From NCBI RefSeq assembly GCF_009914755.1, contig NC_060928.1: DNA of 64,000 bases; one strand, given 5' to 3'. The stretch comes from the human T2T-CHM13v2.0 reference genome, Homo sapiens. The notes under the pieces are model-generated. The model worked only from the letters and a program-made list of their open reading frames with translations, did no database searches and had not been told where the DNA came from. Of the stretch, positions 11,754 to 29,171 are shown piece after piece. The first letter of the stretch is position 1. The number at the start of each line of letters is the position of its first letter. A program made the translations under genes and the position numbers.

Positions 11754-14700
11754 CAGATTAGTATTAAAGAATTCAATTAAATGTGAGGAAGCAAAAGAAA
11801 ATAAAGCCTCCCAGTAATGACAAAAAAAAATTGCTAAAAATTCCTTCAGACATCCCTGGTATTTGGTTTAGTTTTGAGGGAGTAAATAAGAAGTGTAGTT
11901 AACACCCTGGGGGAATAATATAATTCAATGTCTAAAAATCCAGACATGATTGTCAAGAGGAATATTCCCCAATTAACAAATAGCCATGAAGAAGCAACTA
12001 TTTCACTTTTACAATAGATTACTGCTTTAGAAAAGAACCAGTTTTGTTCTTTAAACATATCCAGAATCTAAAGGCAGAAATAAAGCCATTAGCATGCACA
12101 ACAGCATCTAGTCTGCAAAGGACACAAGAAATCAGCCATGGCAACTGCAGGGCAACACCAAACAGCTTTAGCTGTCCATTTATTGGAACACAGGGCCAGT
12201 GTGAGGCTCTTATAATCTTCACAGAGTGGGGTAATAATATTGAGGCTGTCAATATGCCGCTAAAAAAAATAATGCAAGGGAAGAAGTCAATGGATCCAAG
12301 AGTTTGATATATTGAGAAATGAGAAACCTACTGTGACTAGCATTTTCTTGTCATTCTGTAACAGAGGTAAAATCAGAAACCTGCGATTACACACTGCTGG
12401 TGGTATTTTGCCTGAAAAAGCCTCTCGGTGTGAGAATTGCTAAGTGCCTCTTTCCTGAGAACAAGTATGAACCAAGAGATAACCCAACATTCCAGATGGT
12501 ATCATCTCCTTAAGGGAGAAAGCAGGGGAAAAATAAAGTCAACTGTGATTAAAGACGTACTTGACACAGAAACAAGACCAAAATGAGTAAAAAATCTTTT
12601 AAAATATATTTTTATAAATGCATCAGCAAAGTATGAAAACATGTAGACTTAAGTTATCACGTGTATGTGTGTGTGTGCGCGTGTGTGAACATCTATATAT
12701 CCTCAACCAAATAGCACCAAAATTGTAATAAATTATAAGTACAGTTCATACCTATTTTTAAGGATATTAGTATTTAATTGTATGGGCTTATAGTTCTGTG
12801 GAAAAGTGGATAGGGAAACAAAAAACGTTTTCAACACATATATGTATAACCTATCCTATTATGTTCATGTAATCTTTAGCAAGGGCCTTATGTGACCTTA
12901 AAAGGAAGCGGTGGGGAAGGGGGCAGTTATAATTAAGAGGGCAGGCTATGAAATCAGATCTAGGATTGAATTCCAGCTCTGCCACTTACAGTTTTCAACG
13001 CCCAGATTCTTCATTTGTAAAATATGGTTAAACCTTCCTTGTTTTGAGAACCAAATGACATGAATATTGTGAAACTCTTACATAGAACATAGGATATAGA
13101 ATACTTAAAAAAAGAGTAGTTGTTGACTGCAAACAGTAAAACAAAAGAATAAATAAGTCAGTCAATGGGGTAGTCAATGGCTATTTTCTTATTCAAAAGA
13201 AAAGTGAAGCTAGAATAATTTTAATGGGAGATTTTAAAGATTTTCTAACACATAATCTTATTTTTTTTTAAAAAAAAACAGCCCACAATTTTCAGCAGTT
13301 TTTACTTTCTTTTTTCTATTTACTAGCATCATTTGACATAAGTAGTGGAAATGAGCTTCTGAAAATATACTTAATTTTCATATTATAAATCTTATTTTCT
13401 ATAGTTTTATTAGGAGACAGTGTTATAACATTTTATATCTGGCAGAAACTCGAATACAGTAATTTTAATTTATTCATTAATAATGAATAAATTAGATGAG
13501 ATACGCAAGGCTCAGAAATATTAAGAATTGCTCCAAACACCCAGATATTGTGGAGCAGAGTCAGGATGGCAGCTGCAACCTTCTGACTTCCAATCCAGGG
13601 CTCTTCATACAAGAAGGCTGTCCTGTATATGTGACAGATACAAGTTCCTATCTGAACACTGTCTTTATTAACAAGTTTTCGTGTGCATAAATGGGTGCCT
13701 TTGAAGATCTGGATACTTAATTGGGGAGCATCATCTGGAGTGTTCATGTTGGCTAAAGTAGCTCTTGTCAGGAATACGTATACCAGCAGATGCATCAGTT
13801 AGAATATTCTTTTCTCCAATGGGTTTAAGACATACTTTCCTAAGAATTGAGTTTCTGAAACACTGAACAACACCCAAACCCTGCAATCCAAATTTGTTTT
13901 TGCCTATTACACTGAAGTCTCTCTGTTAACAGGCATATATAGAAGACAACCATTTTTTTCAATATAATATTTCATAAGTTAGATGAAATCTTTTGTTCCA
14001 TTATATAAAGTTCAGAAAATCAACATAAAATTAATAATGATGTTAAAGAAACTACTGGAAACCAGATAAATACAATACAATCTATAATTGTTTTCAAGTT
14101 TTTTGGACATTTCGCATACTTCTCCAAGTTTTCTACATTATGTTATAAAGTTCTAATAAGTTCATTTATGTGAAAAAATTAACTTTTTTTGATACTTGAT
14201 ATTTATATTATTACTAAAAAGCACTTCATCCGAGAGAAAGTTTCAAAGAAAGCCTTCCTTTTATAGGAAGAGGAGAGGAACATTTAAACTATGTATTATT
14301 ACCAAATTGATATTCAAAAAATATATTCAACTTCAAAAGGCAAATGACTAGTTTAGACATGCTTGAGAGAGAGACATTCACTTTAAGGTTCTGGGACAAC
14401 TCCTTTGATATATCTCCATCTTAAAAACAAGCAAACAAACTCTTGTTTGGAGAGGGTATTTAGAGCCATAAATAATTTTTTACTGGGTCTATTTTTGAGT
14501 TGGAGCAGGAGTAAGAAATACATTTTATATGGAATTTTAAATCACTTTTCAATTTATGAACCTAGCCTAGAAAGTCTGTGTAAAATGAAATATTTTAAAA
14601 GTTACAGTATTATCTGTATCTTCATTTCTATATGTATGTATCTATCATCTGTGTACCTACTCATCTATCTATCTAATTATTCTTTCTTTCCAGCAAATGT

Positions 14701-14901
14701 TCACTTCTGGTTTCCCTACGTCTGCCTGGAAGTGGGGGCAGTATGGCAGTATGGAAGACCTAGAAAGGGACAAGGAGAGCTACAATAACAGCGGTCTAAA
14801 TATATCCTAGGATGAAAAGGTGAGGAAGGAAACAGGCGCAGAAGTGTTATAAGAAACCAAAGCGGCCTTTTGAGAAGGGATGTAAGAGCAGGCCCCTGAG
14901 C

Positions 14902-14916
14902 AGTTTCACTTCCTCT
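14902..14916 (-). promoter_or_regulatory. ETS-IRF composite element (PU.1/Spi-B + IRF4/IRF8)
   Basis: The minus strand reads AGAGGAAGTGAAACT, matching GGAAnnGAAA with a PU.1-favoured GAGGAAGT core, ~215 bp upstream of the ATG. Confidence 0.65.
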
Positions 14917-15127
14917 GGGCGCCCAGCAGAGCGGAGCCCTGGCCTTGCGGGCATGAGCCCCGGGGCTGCGTTTCCTGAGACCTGGCCGCAGCCTCCGCGG
15001 GTGGCAAGCGGGCTGGGGAGAGCCGAGGGCCAAAGGAAGAGAAAATCGCGGGGAGTCTCTGGCCGGGAGAGTCCAGGTAGCGCTCGGCGGGCAGCAGTGC
15101 GCAGGCCCCTCGGCTTCAACCGCCACA

Positions 15128-15197
15128 ATGCTGCCAGCAGCGCCAGGCAAGGGGCTTGGGAGCCCGGACCCCGCCCCCTGCGGCCCAGCGCCCCCAG
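15128..15197 (+). CDS. BANK1: BANK1 coding exon 1 (MLPAAPGKGLGSPDPAPCGPAPP + G), 70 nt
   Basis: ATG in Kozak context GCCACAATGC and donor CAG|GTGGGT. The phase-1 end joins in frame to exon 2, and the peptide is the recognised BANK1 N-terminus. Confidence 0.95.
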
Positions 15198-16685
15198 GTG
15201 GGTAGTCGCGCATTCGGAGGGGCTTGACGCCGAGGCCGGGCTACGGGGCTCTGCGGAGACCACGGGCCATCGTTAGACAACTGCACTCGGGCACTGAGGC
15301 CAGGGCGTCCCTGAGACAGGGCTTCTCCTTTTTATCCTGCCGCCAGGCAGCCCAGAGGGTTCTTCTGTCCCTGACTTCTCTGAGGGGCATCTGGACGCCA
15401 CGAGGAGGGAGCGCGCTGGGAGTTCTGGCCAGCGGGCTACCCTCAGTGTCTGCAACTTCTGAGGAGCTGGAACTTTCCCCAGCACCCGGGTCAGGGTCCT
15501 GTAGTTTCTAAAATCACTTTGCAACCTGTTTTAAAGCAATGCGCGTTTAAAATTATACGTAATTATTTTCAACAGTCGGTAAGCACAGAAAAACCGCTCA
15601 TGTGTAGCGTCACGCATTTACCTGCCCGGCCTGACAAATCCCAGCCTGGTGAATTGGTAGCCCTGCTTCTTGGCAGGTGGCTTTGCAGAGAAACTCTACC
15701 AACACCACCTCCCTACTCCACTGGCTTTACTAACTTGGTCAAAGGAAAACGGTCAACTTGGTTGAATGCAGAAGTAGATTTATATTTTCAAATGGACGTT
15801 AAGGCAGTTTTATTTAGTTCTTTTTGAAGCATTTCAAATGCATTTGCAAATTACTCAGTGATATAAAAATGTTTTTTAAATTAAAAAACTTCACTTAGGT
15901 ATTAATATTACTGGAGTGTTCGTGGTGAGAAATGCAACAAGAAAGTATATTCTGAGTGAAAGTTTCTTAATTTGCTGAATAGAAATAAATTTCTCATACC
16001 TTTCTAGAATTTTTTAGGTAATGTAATTTTGGTTGTAGCTATTTCTGTTGGCTAGTGCATTTTTACATAAATAAGCTTTAGGGATTGCTTTCAGTTAAAT
16101 AAGAAGTATATTTGTGTCAATGAAAAGTGACAAGAAAGGACTTAGAGCCCATAACTTAATATTATTAATATTTTAACTATTGCATATTGACATTCTTGAA
16201 AACTGTGGCTCTGATGGTCTTCAGCAGAGCAGACTTTGCTAGCATCTATAAATAAACCAACCATGTCTTTCAAACTTTGAGCAGGTTACCTCTTTTGTAA
16301 TTTCAGTTTAACAATTTTGTTAGAGAATGGGGTACAGTTTGTTTCAAACTTCTAGATTAAACAGTTTAGGCAGAAAATGCCTTTTATTTCACTTGATACT
16401 AAGCAATACTTTGAGGCACTTGCTATTGTGAATAATGCAAGAGTAATGTGAATCAATATTTATAGCATTCCAATTATTCTTGTTCCTCCCATGCATTCCG
16501 CTCCCCCCCCGCCCCGCCCCTCCCAACTCCTTGGGTCCTTCTCCATGCAGTATTTATCACTTGCTTCAGTTACTTCCTTTTCTGGCCAACATAATGAAAC
16601 TTTTCTAAAAACGAATTGTCTTTTGACATTATCCCATGCCCATATTCTTGATATGAGTAATCTTCTAGCTTTTATAAATCCAGTG

Positions 16686-16688
<3 letters not shown>

Positions 16689-16720
<32 letters not shown>

Positions 16721-16729
16721 TTTTTTTTT
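16689..16729 (+). repeat. (TG)n followed by poly-T
   Basis: About 14 TG units followed by a T run. Confidence 0.9.
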
Positions 16730-19700
16730 AATGAAGAGCTCCCTCTCTCTCCAACAACTATCTTAATATGGCACATTGGGGGTCAATTGGTCCAACTGCC
16801 TCATTTAGAGAAGAGAGCACTGAGATCCAGAGTGTGAGTTGCTCATGGTTTCATAACTAGTAATTATTTGAAGGTCACCCATTCATTAACTTAACAAACT
16901 TTTATTCCCTGCCAAGAGTCATGTAGTAGTAATAAGAATGTAAAATGGTAAACACAGTTTCATGCCCAGGAAGGTATATTTCTAGCAGGAGATAGAATGT
17001 ACTGCTAGACAACATTAGTGTATACTGCCATCAGAGATTTATTAACTGTTGAGTATCGACTTGTTCTTTAATGGAAGCAAGAAAAATAGAATACCCAGTT
17101 CTCTAAAACAAGGTAAAAATGATGCACAATGGGTGAAAGTTCTAGTTAGAATGTATTTTCTGGTTTGTATTTAACTATATATTACTATCAATGTCCAAAA
17201 GAGAGATTCTTCCTGTTGTATTCCAAAACTAATGATTTTAAAAATTTAATTTTAACTGCTGTTTTAATTAGGGAGTGATTATTTATTAAATCACAGATTT
17301 TTCTCCACACCATAGTTTTTTTTAAATTTTTATTGATATTATTGGATGCATCTGATGAAACTTTAATAAATGATTTGCTTAAGAACAGAAAGCATGAAAG
17401 GGTGGAATTAGCATTTAGACTGTTTCACCTTACGCTGGATGCTTATACTTGTAAGGAACATGGTTTGTCTAGGTCTCTGCTCTCTAGCTTGAAGTTCTTA
17501 AAGATTTGAAGCTTTTTGCTTTGACTGCAATCTTCCAACATAGCCAACGTCCTACACTTGTTCCACTAAGGAAATAACCTGGTTCCATGCTGGTGGCTGG
17601 AAAAACTTGCTTTCTTCAGACCAATCTGGAAATGTTCTGATAAGGTCACTTTTGCTAGGATTTTAAAGACAAGGAGTGCTTTCAGGATATCTTCACCATA
17701 ATAAGGAATAATTCTGAAAAATGCAATTGCTGAAGATTTCAAGGTTAAATATCAGCATATTCAAAGTTACACTTGGGACAGTAGAGGAACCTTTTCTGCA
17801 ATATCTATCTGAGGATGTATTGTAGGTGGTTATGCCCTACTTATGATGGTCTTTTGACTCATACTGCCTCAGATCTAGTCCCAGCTTCATTGCCTGTCTC
17901 ATCTGTGACCTTGAATAAATAATGAAATCTGTCACTGTCTTAGTTTTTTATTTTGTTTATTAAAAAGCAAAATCCAAGAGAAGAAATCCTGTATATGAAA
18001 GTTGTTTAGGGGATTAAATGGGTAAATGCAGGTGAAGTCCTTTTCAGGGTCTTATAACAAATAGTAACTGCTTTATACATGCTAGTTGTTATATTAATTC
18101 TTAGGTCATTGATCAGTAGTGTCATATTAGCTTATATAAGAGTGGGAGTTCTTAGTGAAAAACTGCCTCATACTGATTGCCTCATACTGACTTGAAGGAC
18201 AACTTGATGGGTGAAGGAATCAAGCTCTCGTATCAAAAAAAATAGGAGATATGGCCTCTTGTATAAAGATACTGCAATATCCTTGGGGATATATTGTGGT
18301 TAATAGTTCTGAAAGGAGAAAAGAATTCATAATGAGAAGAACTAAGGATAGGTTGATTAAAAGGGAATTAAACTATAGCAGTTGCAGGAAAGAATAAAGA
18401 AGGAATTTAATAGGACAAAATGAGAGCGTGCTCTGTTTTCTCATATCTCAGAGTACCAGTTGTGACTCAGTTTACATAATATATAAATATATTTGAAAAA
18501 AATAAGCATCAAACAGAAAAACTGTGGAGTATTTCAACTTACAAGAAGATGAGAATCTATTTTACCAAAATATTTACTACTGGGTTAAAACAAAATTACA
18601 ATATAAAATGAGGAACATCATTCCTGACAAAAATAAATGACATGTTTTAAGAGTTTAAATGGTTGTTGCTTAATCACCTAAGTTACACTTATTAATTTAC
18701 TGCTTTCTTCATAGAATATAGAGTATCTTGCAGTAATTTTGGAGATAGCTATGAAATAAGAATAGAAAAGGCAAACATTTCATAAGTCATCATTTAAAAA
18801 GTAAGTTATTATTTGGCCTTGTAATCCTTTCCTTTCCTGTTTTAAATATAAAGAATGGTATCTAAGTTTTAGTGCAGACATTGAAATAGTCCCAGTGGTG
18901 GAAATATCAGATATCATATGGAATTATACCCCTGCAGTAATTAGTTTTTAGTCAGAGAAAAACAATGAGCCTTTTAGGCATTTACCCCTGAATTGAAATC
19001 TCTTTGTTGTTTCTAAGTGTTCTGCACTGAAATAATCCAGAAAGATGACTTCCCTCTTTAATCATGAAGAGTAATTAATCAATGCTTTTGATCTTTTACA
19101 AGATTTCCTTTATATCTGGTTCATTAAAATATGTTTTTATGTTTCATCATACTATGTGTCATATCTTTGTTTCTTCTAAGTGTCTCTGCCATTTTCCCAT
19201 ATTATTAATTCCCATTGCCTTGTTTTCACATGTGTTCTACATTATAGAGACACACTGAAAAGTATAAGAACAGTCTCTGACTTGGAATTCCATTTACTAT
19301 ATGCCTCATTTTTTTTTTCATCTGATACATGCTGAGAATAAAGCCTCCTTTGGTCGGGAACAATATTCTCATTCCTTTTTTGTTACAGGATCATGTCTAA
19401 TTTTCAGAGGAATAATATAGTGTCAAGACCACTTGAAATTTTAGCCTTCTTGTAATAGCTTCCGTTTATTGTGTTTCTACTTTGAATTCATATGAAATGG
19501 GAATCATACTAGTTGATAAGTAAGGGTGTCAGAAGAGTAGTGTCTACTCTGGACAACAAGTCATATTGTTCAGTATAGTCATATGAAAATATTTAATAAT
19601 TCACTGTGTTCTTTTATCTATGGAGGCTTTTCTAAACTGTTAAAGGTGAAACTTTTAAGTCACCATGTTTTTTTTTCTAGGATGGGGAGTGGAGAAACAC

Positions 19701-21599
19701 AAAAGGGCATGATTCTATAAAATCATTGAAATGGCAATTGTAGAATATTTATTGTTACTGTCTGAAGAATCTCTAAGGTTACACATTTTCTATTGATTGC
19801 ATTTTATTTAGATTTAATATATTGATACAGTTTAAAATATTGGGAGAGGAGTGTGTTTTTAGTACAGTTAGTAAATTATTAGGTCACTATTGTAAAAAAG
19901 TGAGTGACATAAAATTGAGGCAAAATCTACTCTGGTTTCAATTAATGGGATAATTTCTTTAATTCTCTCATGATTTCTCAGTAAAAATGTAGAACTTTCA
20001 CTACTTTAAGTACTTATTTGTAGGTCAGAGACCTTTCCTTTATCACTTCCTATAGATCCACAGCCATGTAAATCAAGTAGAATGAGGACAATTATTCAGA
20101 TTCCCAGAAACAGTCACCTGGGCCAAGAATAGGCACATGATGCAAGCCAGCCAACTGGTTGCTTAATGGCCAGTGCCCTGTGTTGTCAGGCTTATACAGA
20201 GTTGTTGAATCTGTGTAAGTATAAGCCACATATATCATCTGTATAAGCCACAAAGTCCTTTTGTCTTATTAAATGAAAGAATAAAGATTCTTATCAGTAG
20301 AAGATTGATGAAAGATGAGATTATTGTCAGTGGAAGATCCAGTATACAGTTTAAGATGACAGTTAGTTGCCTCATGTTTAAGATGCATAAGTAGAAAGAA
20401 ACTGTGATGAAAAAACTGAGGAGACCGAAAGACAAAGAGAGTAGTCTCAATTTCTGATTTCTAGTGACGGAGCAGCTGCACTTGTTTTTCTGATCTTATT
20501 TGCCCATGAAATTGTTTATAGTATCCTTACATGAATTTCTCCTTACATGAACTACTTTGAGTGAATTTCTCTTTTTGGGAGGAAAAAAAAAGTTTGGGCT
20601 AGCATACCTTTATTTATCAAAAACTGCCAGCTATCAGCTTCTCTTTTCAAAAGTTGTTATTGTTAAAATGATGTCTTCTACGTATCTTCCATTGAAAATT
20701 AAACAATCTGAGAATGAAATCTGTTCCTTTCATGCACTAGGAATAGAGTATGAGTAAGTCTGGTGGTCCTGCAGATGAGCATATTTCGAGAGTCCTGCCT
20801 TTATTAGTGAAATTTGAAGAAAGTCCATGCATTTATTTTTAGGTTTTCAAACTTAAATCCTTAGAGCTGGAGAGAAAATAATTCACCCAAAGGTTAGTAT
20901 TATAAGAATTAAGCACTGTTAAAAGGTTTAGAGCTTTGAATTATGTAGCTATAGATTTATAACAACAACGTTTTCCCATGTTTTGTTAACAGGATATTTT
21001 TACTTATCTGAAAATTTTATAGCATACTGTTTCTGGCAAGTTTTTAATATACATTTCAATTGAGGCATACATTAGTGAGAGAATGGTTGGGGCATTTATC
21101 TTAGTAAATGTCACAAAACATATTTACTTAGTAAAACAGGAAGTAAAAGAGTAAGATGAGATATAAAACTAGGGATTATCTTCAACTCCTCTGGTATATG
21201 AAGAAATATGGCACCATTAACAGGCCATTAATAAAACTTTATATACAATCTCAGTGGATTAATATCAGTATGAAGCAATACAATACTGTGTTTTAGAGAT
21301 TAGTCTTTTACCAGCCTATTTTTCTGCAATGGAGTAGAAAGTATAGTATCTCCATTAAGTTATACATAGTGTGTTATTAATGTTCACCTTAGAAAACAAG
21401 AATTCAATGTGTTCTTGCTAAACTTCAGTGACAGGAACAAATTAATAAAGTTCAGATGTGATCAATTAAGTCCAATGATGTCAGTGAAGAAATGAGACAC
21501 AGAAAGACAAAATTTTTTCAAGATGTGACAAGGTTACACTCACAATGTTATTATAATGAGTGAGGAGAAGAATCTGAAAAGTAAACCAAAACCTAATTG

Positions 21600-22450
21600 C
21601 ATAAATTTGTGTAAAAAATTCCCCAAGTATAATGAGGAGCTCTTGAAGAGTTTTTAATGAGGGATGGCACATGATTAGATTTTGTGTTAGAAGATCACAT
21701 GAGCTGCTCTTGATACAATTAATTGGAAAAGGGCAGCAATGGAAGTTAGTGAACAATTAGGGGTTTGCAATGAGTAAAAATACAGGGAGAAGTGGACAGA
21801 TTTATTAAGAACTATTACTTACATACCTTTTGTGATATAGTAGATTTGGAGTCTGAAGGGGACAAAAATGTGAAGAATGACACCAAGGGTTGTGGTCTGT
21901 AAACCTAAGAGAATCAAGAATGTGTCATTTACTCCATTGGAAAGGAGTGAAGGAACAAGAGGACACCGGGAGGGCATGAGAGAATGTCATTTCAATTTCA
22001 GATCTGTTACATTTGAGGAGCATGAGAAATAGTCACATTAAGATGTCAAGTAAGCAGTTCGATTTTAGGATCTGGATATCAGAAAGGCAGTTCAGACTGG
22101 AGATATAAAATTAAGAAAAACATTGTATTTAAAACTACAACAATGAATAGGATAACATAGATAAGGTGACTCAGGATAGAGACCTGTGGAAAACAAACAT
22201 TTCAGTGTTGGTAGAGAAGGAGGAGTTGCTCAATATGACTGAGGAGAGGCTAAAAAGAAGGAAAACGAAGATACAGTGAGAAGAATTCAAAAATAGAATG
22301 TTTCAGGAAGGTAAGAATGGTGAACTGGCCCAAATTCTTTTGATAGGTCAGGCAAATTGAAGCCTGAAATTTAGCCAATGGATTTGGCATCATGAAACTT
22401 ACAGATGACCTTAGAGAAGTAAGTAGCTTTAGTAAAGAGGATGAGAGCTG
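21600..22450 (-). mobile_element. Ancient L2 LINE fragment
   Basis: Purine-rich degenerate motifs (GATGTCAAGTAAGCAGTT, CTGGAGATATAAA, GGATTTGGCA...GATGACCTT) typical of antisense L2. Boundaries are approximate. Confidence 0.5.
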
Positions 22451-22739
22451 AATGGGAATGAGTGGAAGAAGGTAAGGTGATGGAGGCCATGGAGACGCCC
22501 TTTAGAAATATGGCTGTCTGATAAGCAGCTGAAGATGTGGCATCAAGGAAAGGATTTTACTTTCATTGTTGCTTTAAGATCAGTGTCACGGCAGCAATTT
22601 AATTGTTCTCAAAAGCCGATGGCGTCACACCAAAGGGGGGTTTTCTGCTATGAAAACTTATAGAGAACAGCTCCATGAATTCCATTAGTAATACATTTTA
22701 ATGTGTAGATTTTCTTATGTGTTTAAGAATTTCTGTCTC

Positions 22740-24549
<1,810 letters not shown>

Positions 24550-25015
24550 AAGAATTTCTGTCTCGTATTTTTCATTCCTTCTTCTATGTTTCTGGAGCTC
24601 CTCCTTCTCTTCTTCCCATTCCTCTCCTCTTTCCTTTTTTCTTTTTTTGTTTTTTTGGTATTGATCTTAATGGAGAATAAATAGTTGACACTTCTTTCTG
24701 TGAAAGCCTTGGTACAGTGTTGAATTATTCCTTAGCTTTACTTTCTATATATCATCCCTTCCTTTTTATCCATATTGGAATCCATTCATTCTCGTTAAAA
24801 TCCTGTTTTTGCATTTGCTTAGTAGTTACTGTCACAACTACTTGATAAAGCTCTACTCCTGAATAAATCTTTCTGGCTCTATTCTTCCTGTGTGAATCTA
24901 AGAGACTGACTATTGCTAGATAAAAACACATTCAAACAGGTTGGTAATATAAATTTAGGCAATTCTTGTTACACGTTACTTGTTTCAGACAAGATTTGTT
25001 TTTAAATTTTTCAAA

Positions 25016-25353
<338 letters not shown>

Positions 25354-25354
25354 T

Positions 25355-25670
25355 AACACTGTACCCTCTAGACATGTGGCTGTTGAGGACTTAAAATATG
25401 TCTGGTTCAAATTGTGATGTGCTGTAAATGTAAAATGCACACCAGTTTTCAAAGACTGAGCACAAAAAATAGAATGTAAAATCTCTCAAGAATGTTTATA
25501 TTAATTGCATGTTAAGATGATACTATTTTGAATTTATTTGATGAAATAAAATTAGTATTATTGTAATTAACTTACTTTTTATTTGTTGCAATATGGTTGC
25601 TAAAAACATTAAAATGACATATGTGCCGTGCATTTGTGATTTGAATTAAATTTTCTGTTAGATAGCAATG
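25355..25670. mobile_element. MER33-like hAT-Charlie DNA transposon
   Basis: CTAGACATGTGGCT...GATGTGCTGTAAATGTAAAATGCACACCAG...AATATGGTTGCTA...ACATATGTG. Confidence 0.65.
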
Positions 25671-26184
25671 CACTCAGCTTTCAGAAAAAAAATTCCAATG
25701 AAATAAATTAGAAATTTTATTTCTCTCTCATGACATATTGTTGAATATGTATTATGAGATTACTCTCATAAAAATGTGAGCAAAATTCACAGTTCCTCCA
25801 GCAGTTGAGAGAGAACCTCTGTCTATTCATGCTCACCACACAAGGCATTTTCATAGTGATATTTTGCTACTATTTTAATTAGCATTTGTCTCTTGAAATT
25901 GAGTGTTTTTCATATATTTCTTTGGCATTTTGATTTCATCTGTGTGTTATATATTCACATGATTTATTCATATTTCTCTTGTGCTTTTTGTCTTAAAAAC
26001 TTATAAGACCACATTACATATTTAAAATGTAAACTTTGTCTTATGCATCACAAATATTTTTCTTTTATCACTTATTTGTTAAATAATTTTGATTGTAATA
26101 TTTGCTGCTGTTGAACACTTTTTAACACTCATTGTGTCAAATATACTTTTCTTTCATAGCTTCTGTTTCTTGTCTTGGCTGAAG

Positions 26185-26462
26185 ACACCAGTGCGTTCCT
26201 CTTGAAGTCCAGCCACCTGCCTGCTAGGGTCTAAGGGTCTTTTATAGGCACAGGATGGGGGCGTGGCAAGCCAGGGTGGTCTTGGAAAATGCAATATTTG
26301 GGCAGGAAAACAAAAATGCCTGTCCTTACTTAGGTCTGTGGGCATAGGCCCGGGGATAGAGCCCTAGCCAGGGACCACACCCTCCTCTACCCAGTACTTC
26401 CCTTCCCACTTTCAGTATCATTTAAAGGACCACGCCCTTCCCAGTACTTCCCTTCTGTATCA
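26185..26462 (-). mobile_element. ERV1 LTR 5' fragment (MER52/LTR1-like)
   Basis: The minus strand starts TGATACAGAAGGGAAGTACTGGGAAGGGCGTGGTCC with an internal repeat of the same motif, then TGCCCAAATATTGCATTTTCCAAGACCACCCTGG...CCTATAAAA. Confidence 0.65.
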
Positions 26463-27814
26463 GTGTCTTAATGATTTTTGTGATGAAGGCATTTCTAACA
26501 TCATCATACAGGTAAAAGAGTAATAGTTGATATAGTTCTATGAATAAAGCTTTAGTGACATAATCAGAATTGCCTAATTGATGCCTGAAGTAATTTATTC
26601 CCTACAGGTTATAAATATATACAATGTCTCACCTAGATCTGTGAAGGTCAACAGAATAGTAGAAAGCTTCCATTAAGCAAATTTCTATTTCTGAGCAACA
26701 TATGGGTAATTAGGAAGCATTTATAATTATGGAAAGAAAACGGGCTGCTTTTTTATATATCTTTTATGAGGACTAGTCTGCTAAGAAGTTAGCAATTAGC
26801 ACACATTACATTTCTGCTTTCACTAAGGATGTATTTTGTGTTTGTATGTAGTAATGACCTCTTAGAGTCATATTCTGATCTGTTGCAGAAATGATCTAAT
26901 GGCTGCTTTACTTAGTGGTTGTAGGACCGTATGTAACTTCATTATAAGACCTCTCTATACCTCACGTTTTTTTCTTTTGGAAAAGATGAAAAAACAAATA
27001 GTATACTTGGAATAAAATTGGTGCTCTGTAATTGACAGTTATGGCTGTTGCTGGGTGAGTAGGTGAGTTACCATGTGGGACATTACGAAAGTTGACTTGT
27101 ACTTTTGTTACCTGATAGTCAATTCCTGAAATATGTGGACACAGACTTCCATGGCTTTATTCCTTTAGTACTCTGTTGCCCAAACCGTGTTCTGTAGCAT
27201 ATACTGTGTGTTCTTTGGAAAAAAAATTTCTGTGGTGAAATGTTCTGAATATGCATATTAGGATATTTAAATGTGTGAGAGATTCTGCAACAATGTCTCT
27301 TCAATTTCCTCTAAGACATTGTTTCACAAATATTTATTTAACTATGGGATGCATTGTTGTCTCAACATTGATAGAGAAATAAGTTCTTTTGAACAAATTT
27401 GTCATCTCTATTAAATGGCAACTAGTTCTTGAGAGAATGATTGTTTCAGGCAGAAATTGGTAGTACTGCTTTCAGTTATATTTTCTTTAGTGTTATGCAT
27501 GCCATAGTGTAAATAAAGTTATGATCCAGTCTTGGTGGCCATATTTTCATTGAGTGAGAGGGAGGGAATTAACAGGAACAGAAAATTAAGGGGCTATAGT
27601 ATAGGGAAATTGGCATTGGTAGGCTGAGTAGTGGGGCACACACAATTTTTCTATTTCTTAAATTCCTTTAGATTAATTCCAGCTATTTAGTTGGGGTAAG
27701 TTAGGGTTGTGCTAGCGAAAATGAGAGGAAAATGAGAAAGTGGTTATCTATTAGGGAAAGTAAAGTGTGTGTGAATGAAATAGAAGTAGGAAAGCACACA
27801 GAGAATTGTAAATA

Positions 27815-29171
<1,357 letters not shown>

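Larger units (their letters stand above)
14880..15500 (+). promoter_or_regulatory. BANK1: CpG island / BANK1 promoter, 5' UTR and exon 1
   Basis: Sharp GC- and CpG-rich block in otherwise AT-rich DNA, surrounding the BANK1 start codon. The exact TSS cannot be determined from sequence alone. Confidence 0.85.

Noticed and set aside
14716-15524. Several 80-165 aa ORFs on both strands over the promoter
   Set aside because: Expected from stop-codon scarcity in a CpG island. There are no recognisable domains, and the real coding part is the 70-nt exon.
15831-15852. Octamer (OCT2) site in intron 1
   Set aside because: ATTTGCAA is one base off ATTTGCAT, and such near-matches are common in AT-rich DNA.
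18163-18191. 14-bp tandem repeat TGCCTCATACTGA x2
   Set aside because: Simple slippage duplication with no sign of function.
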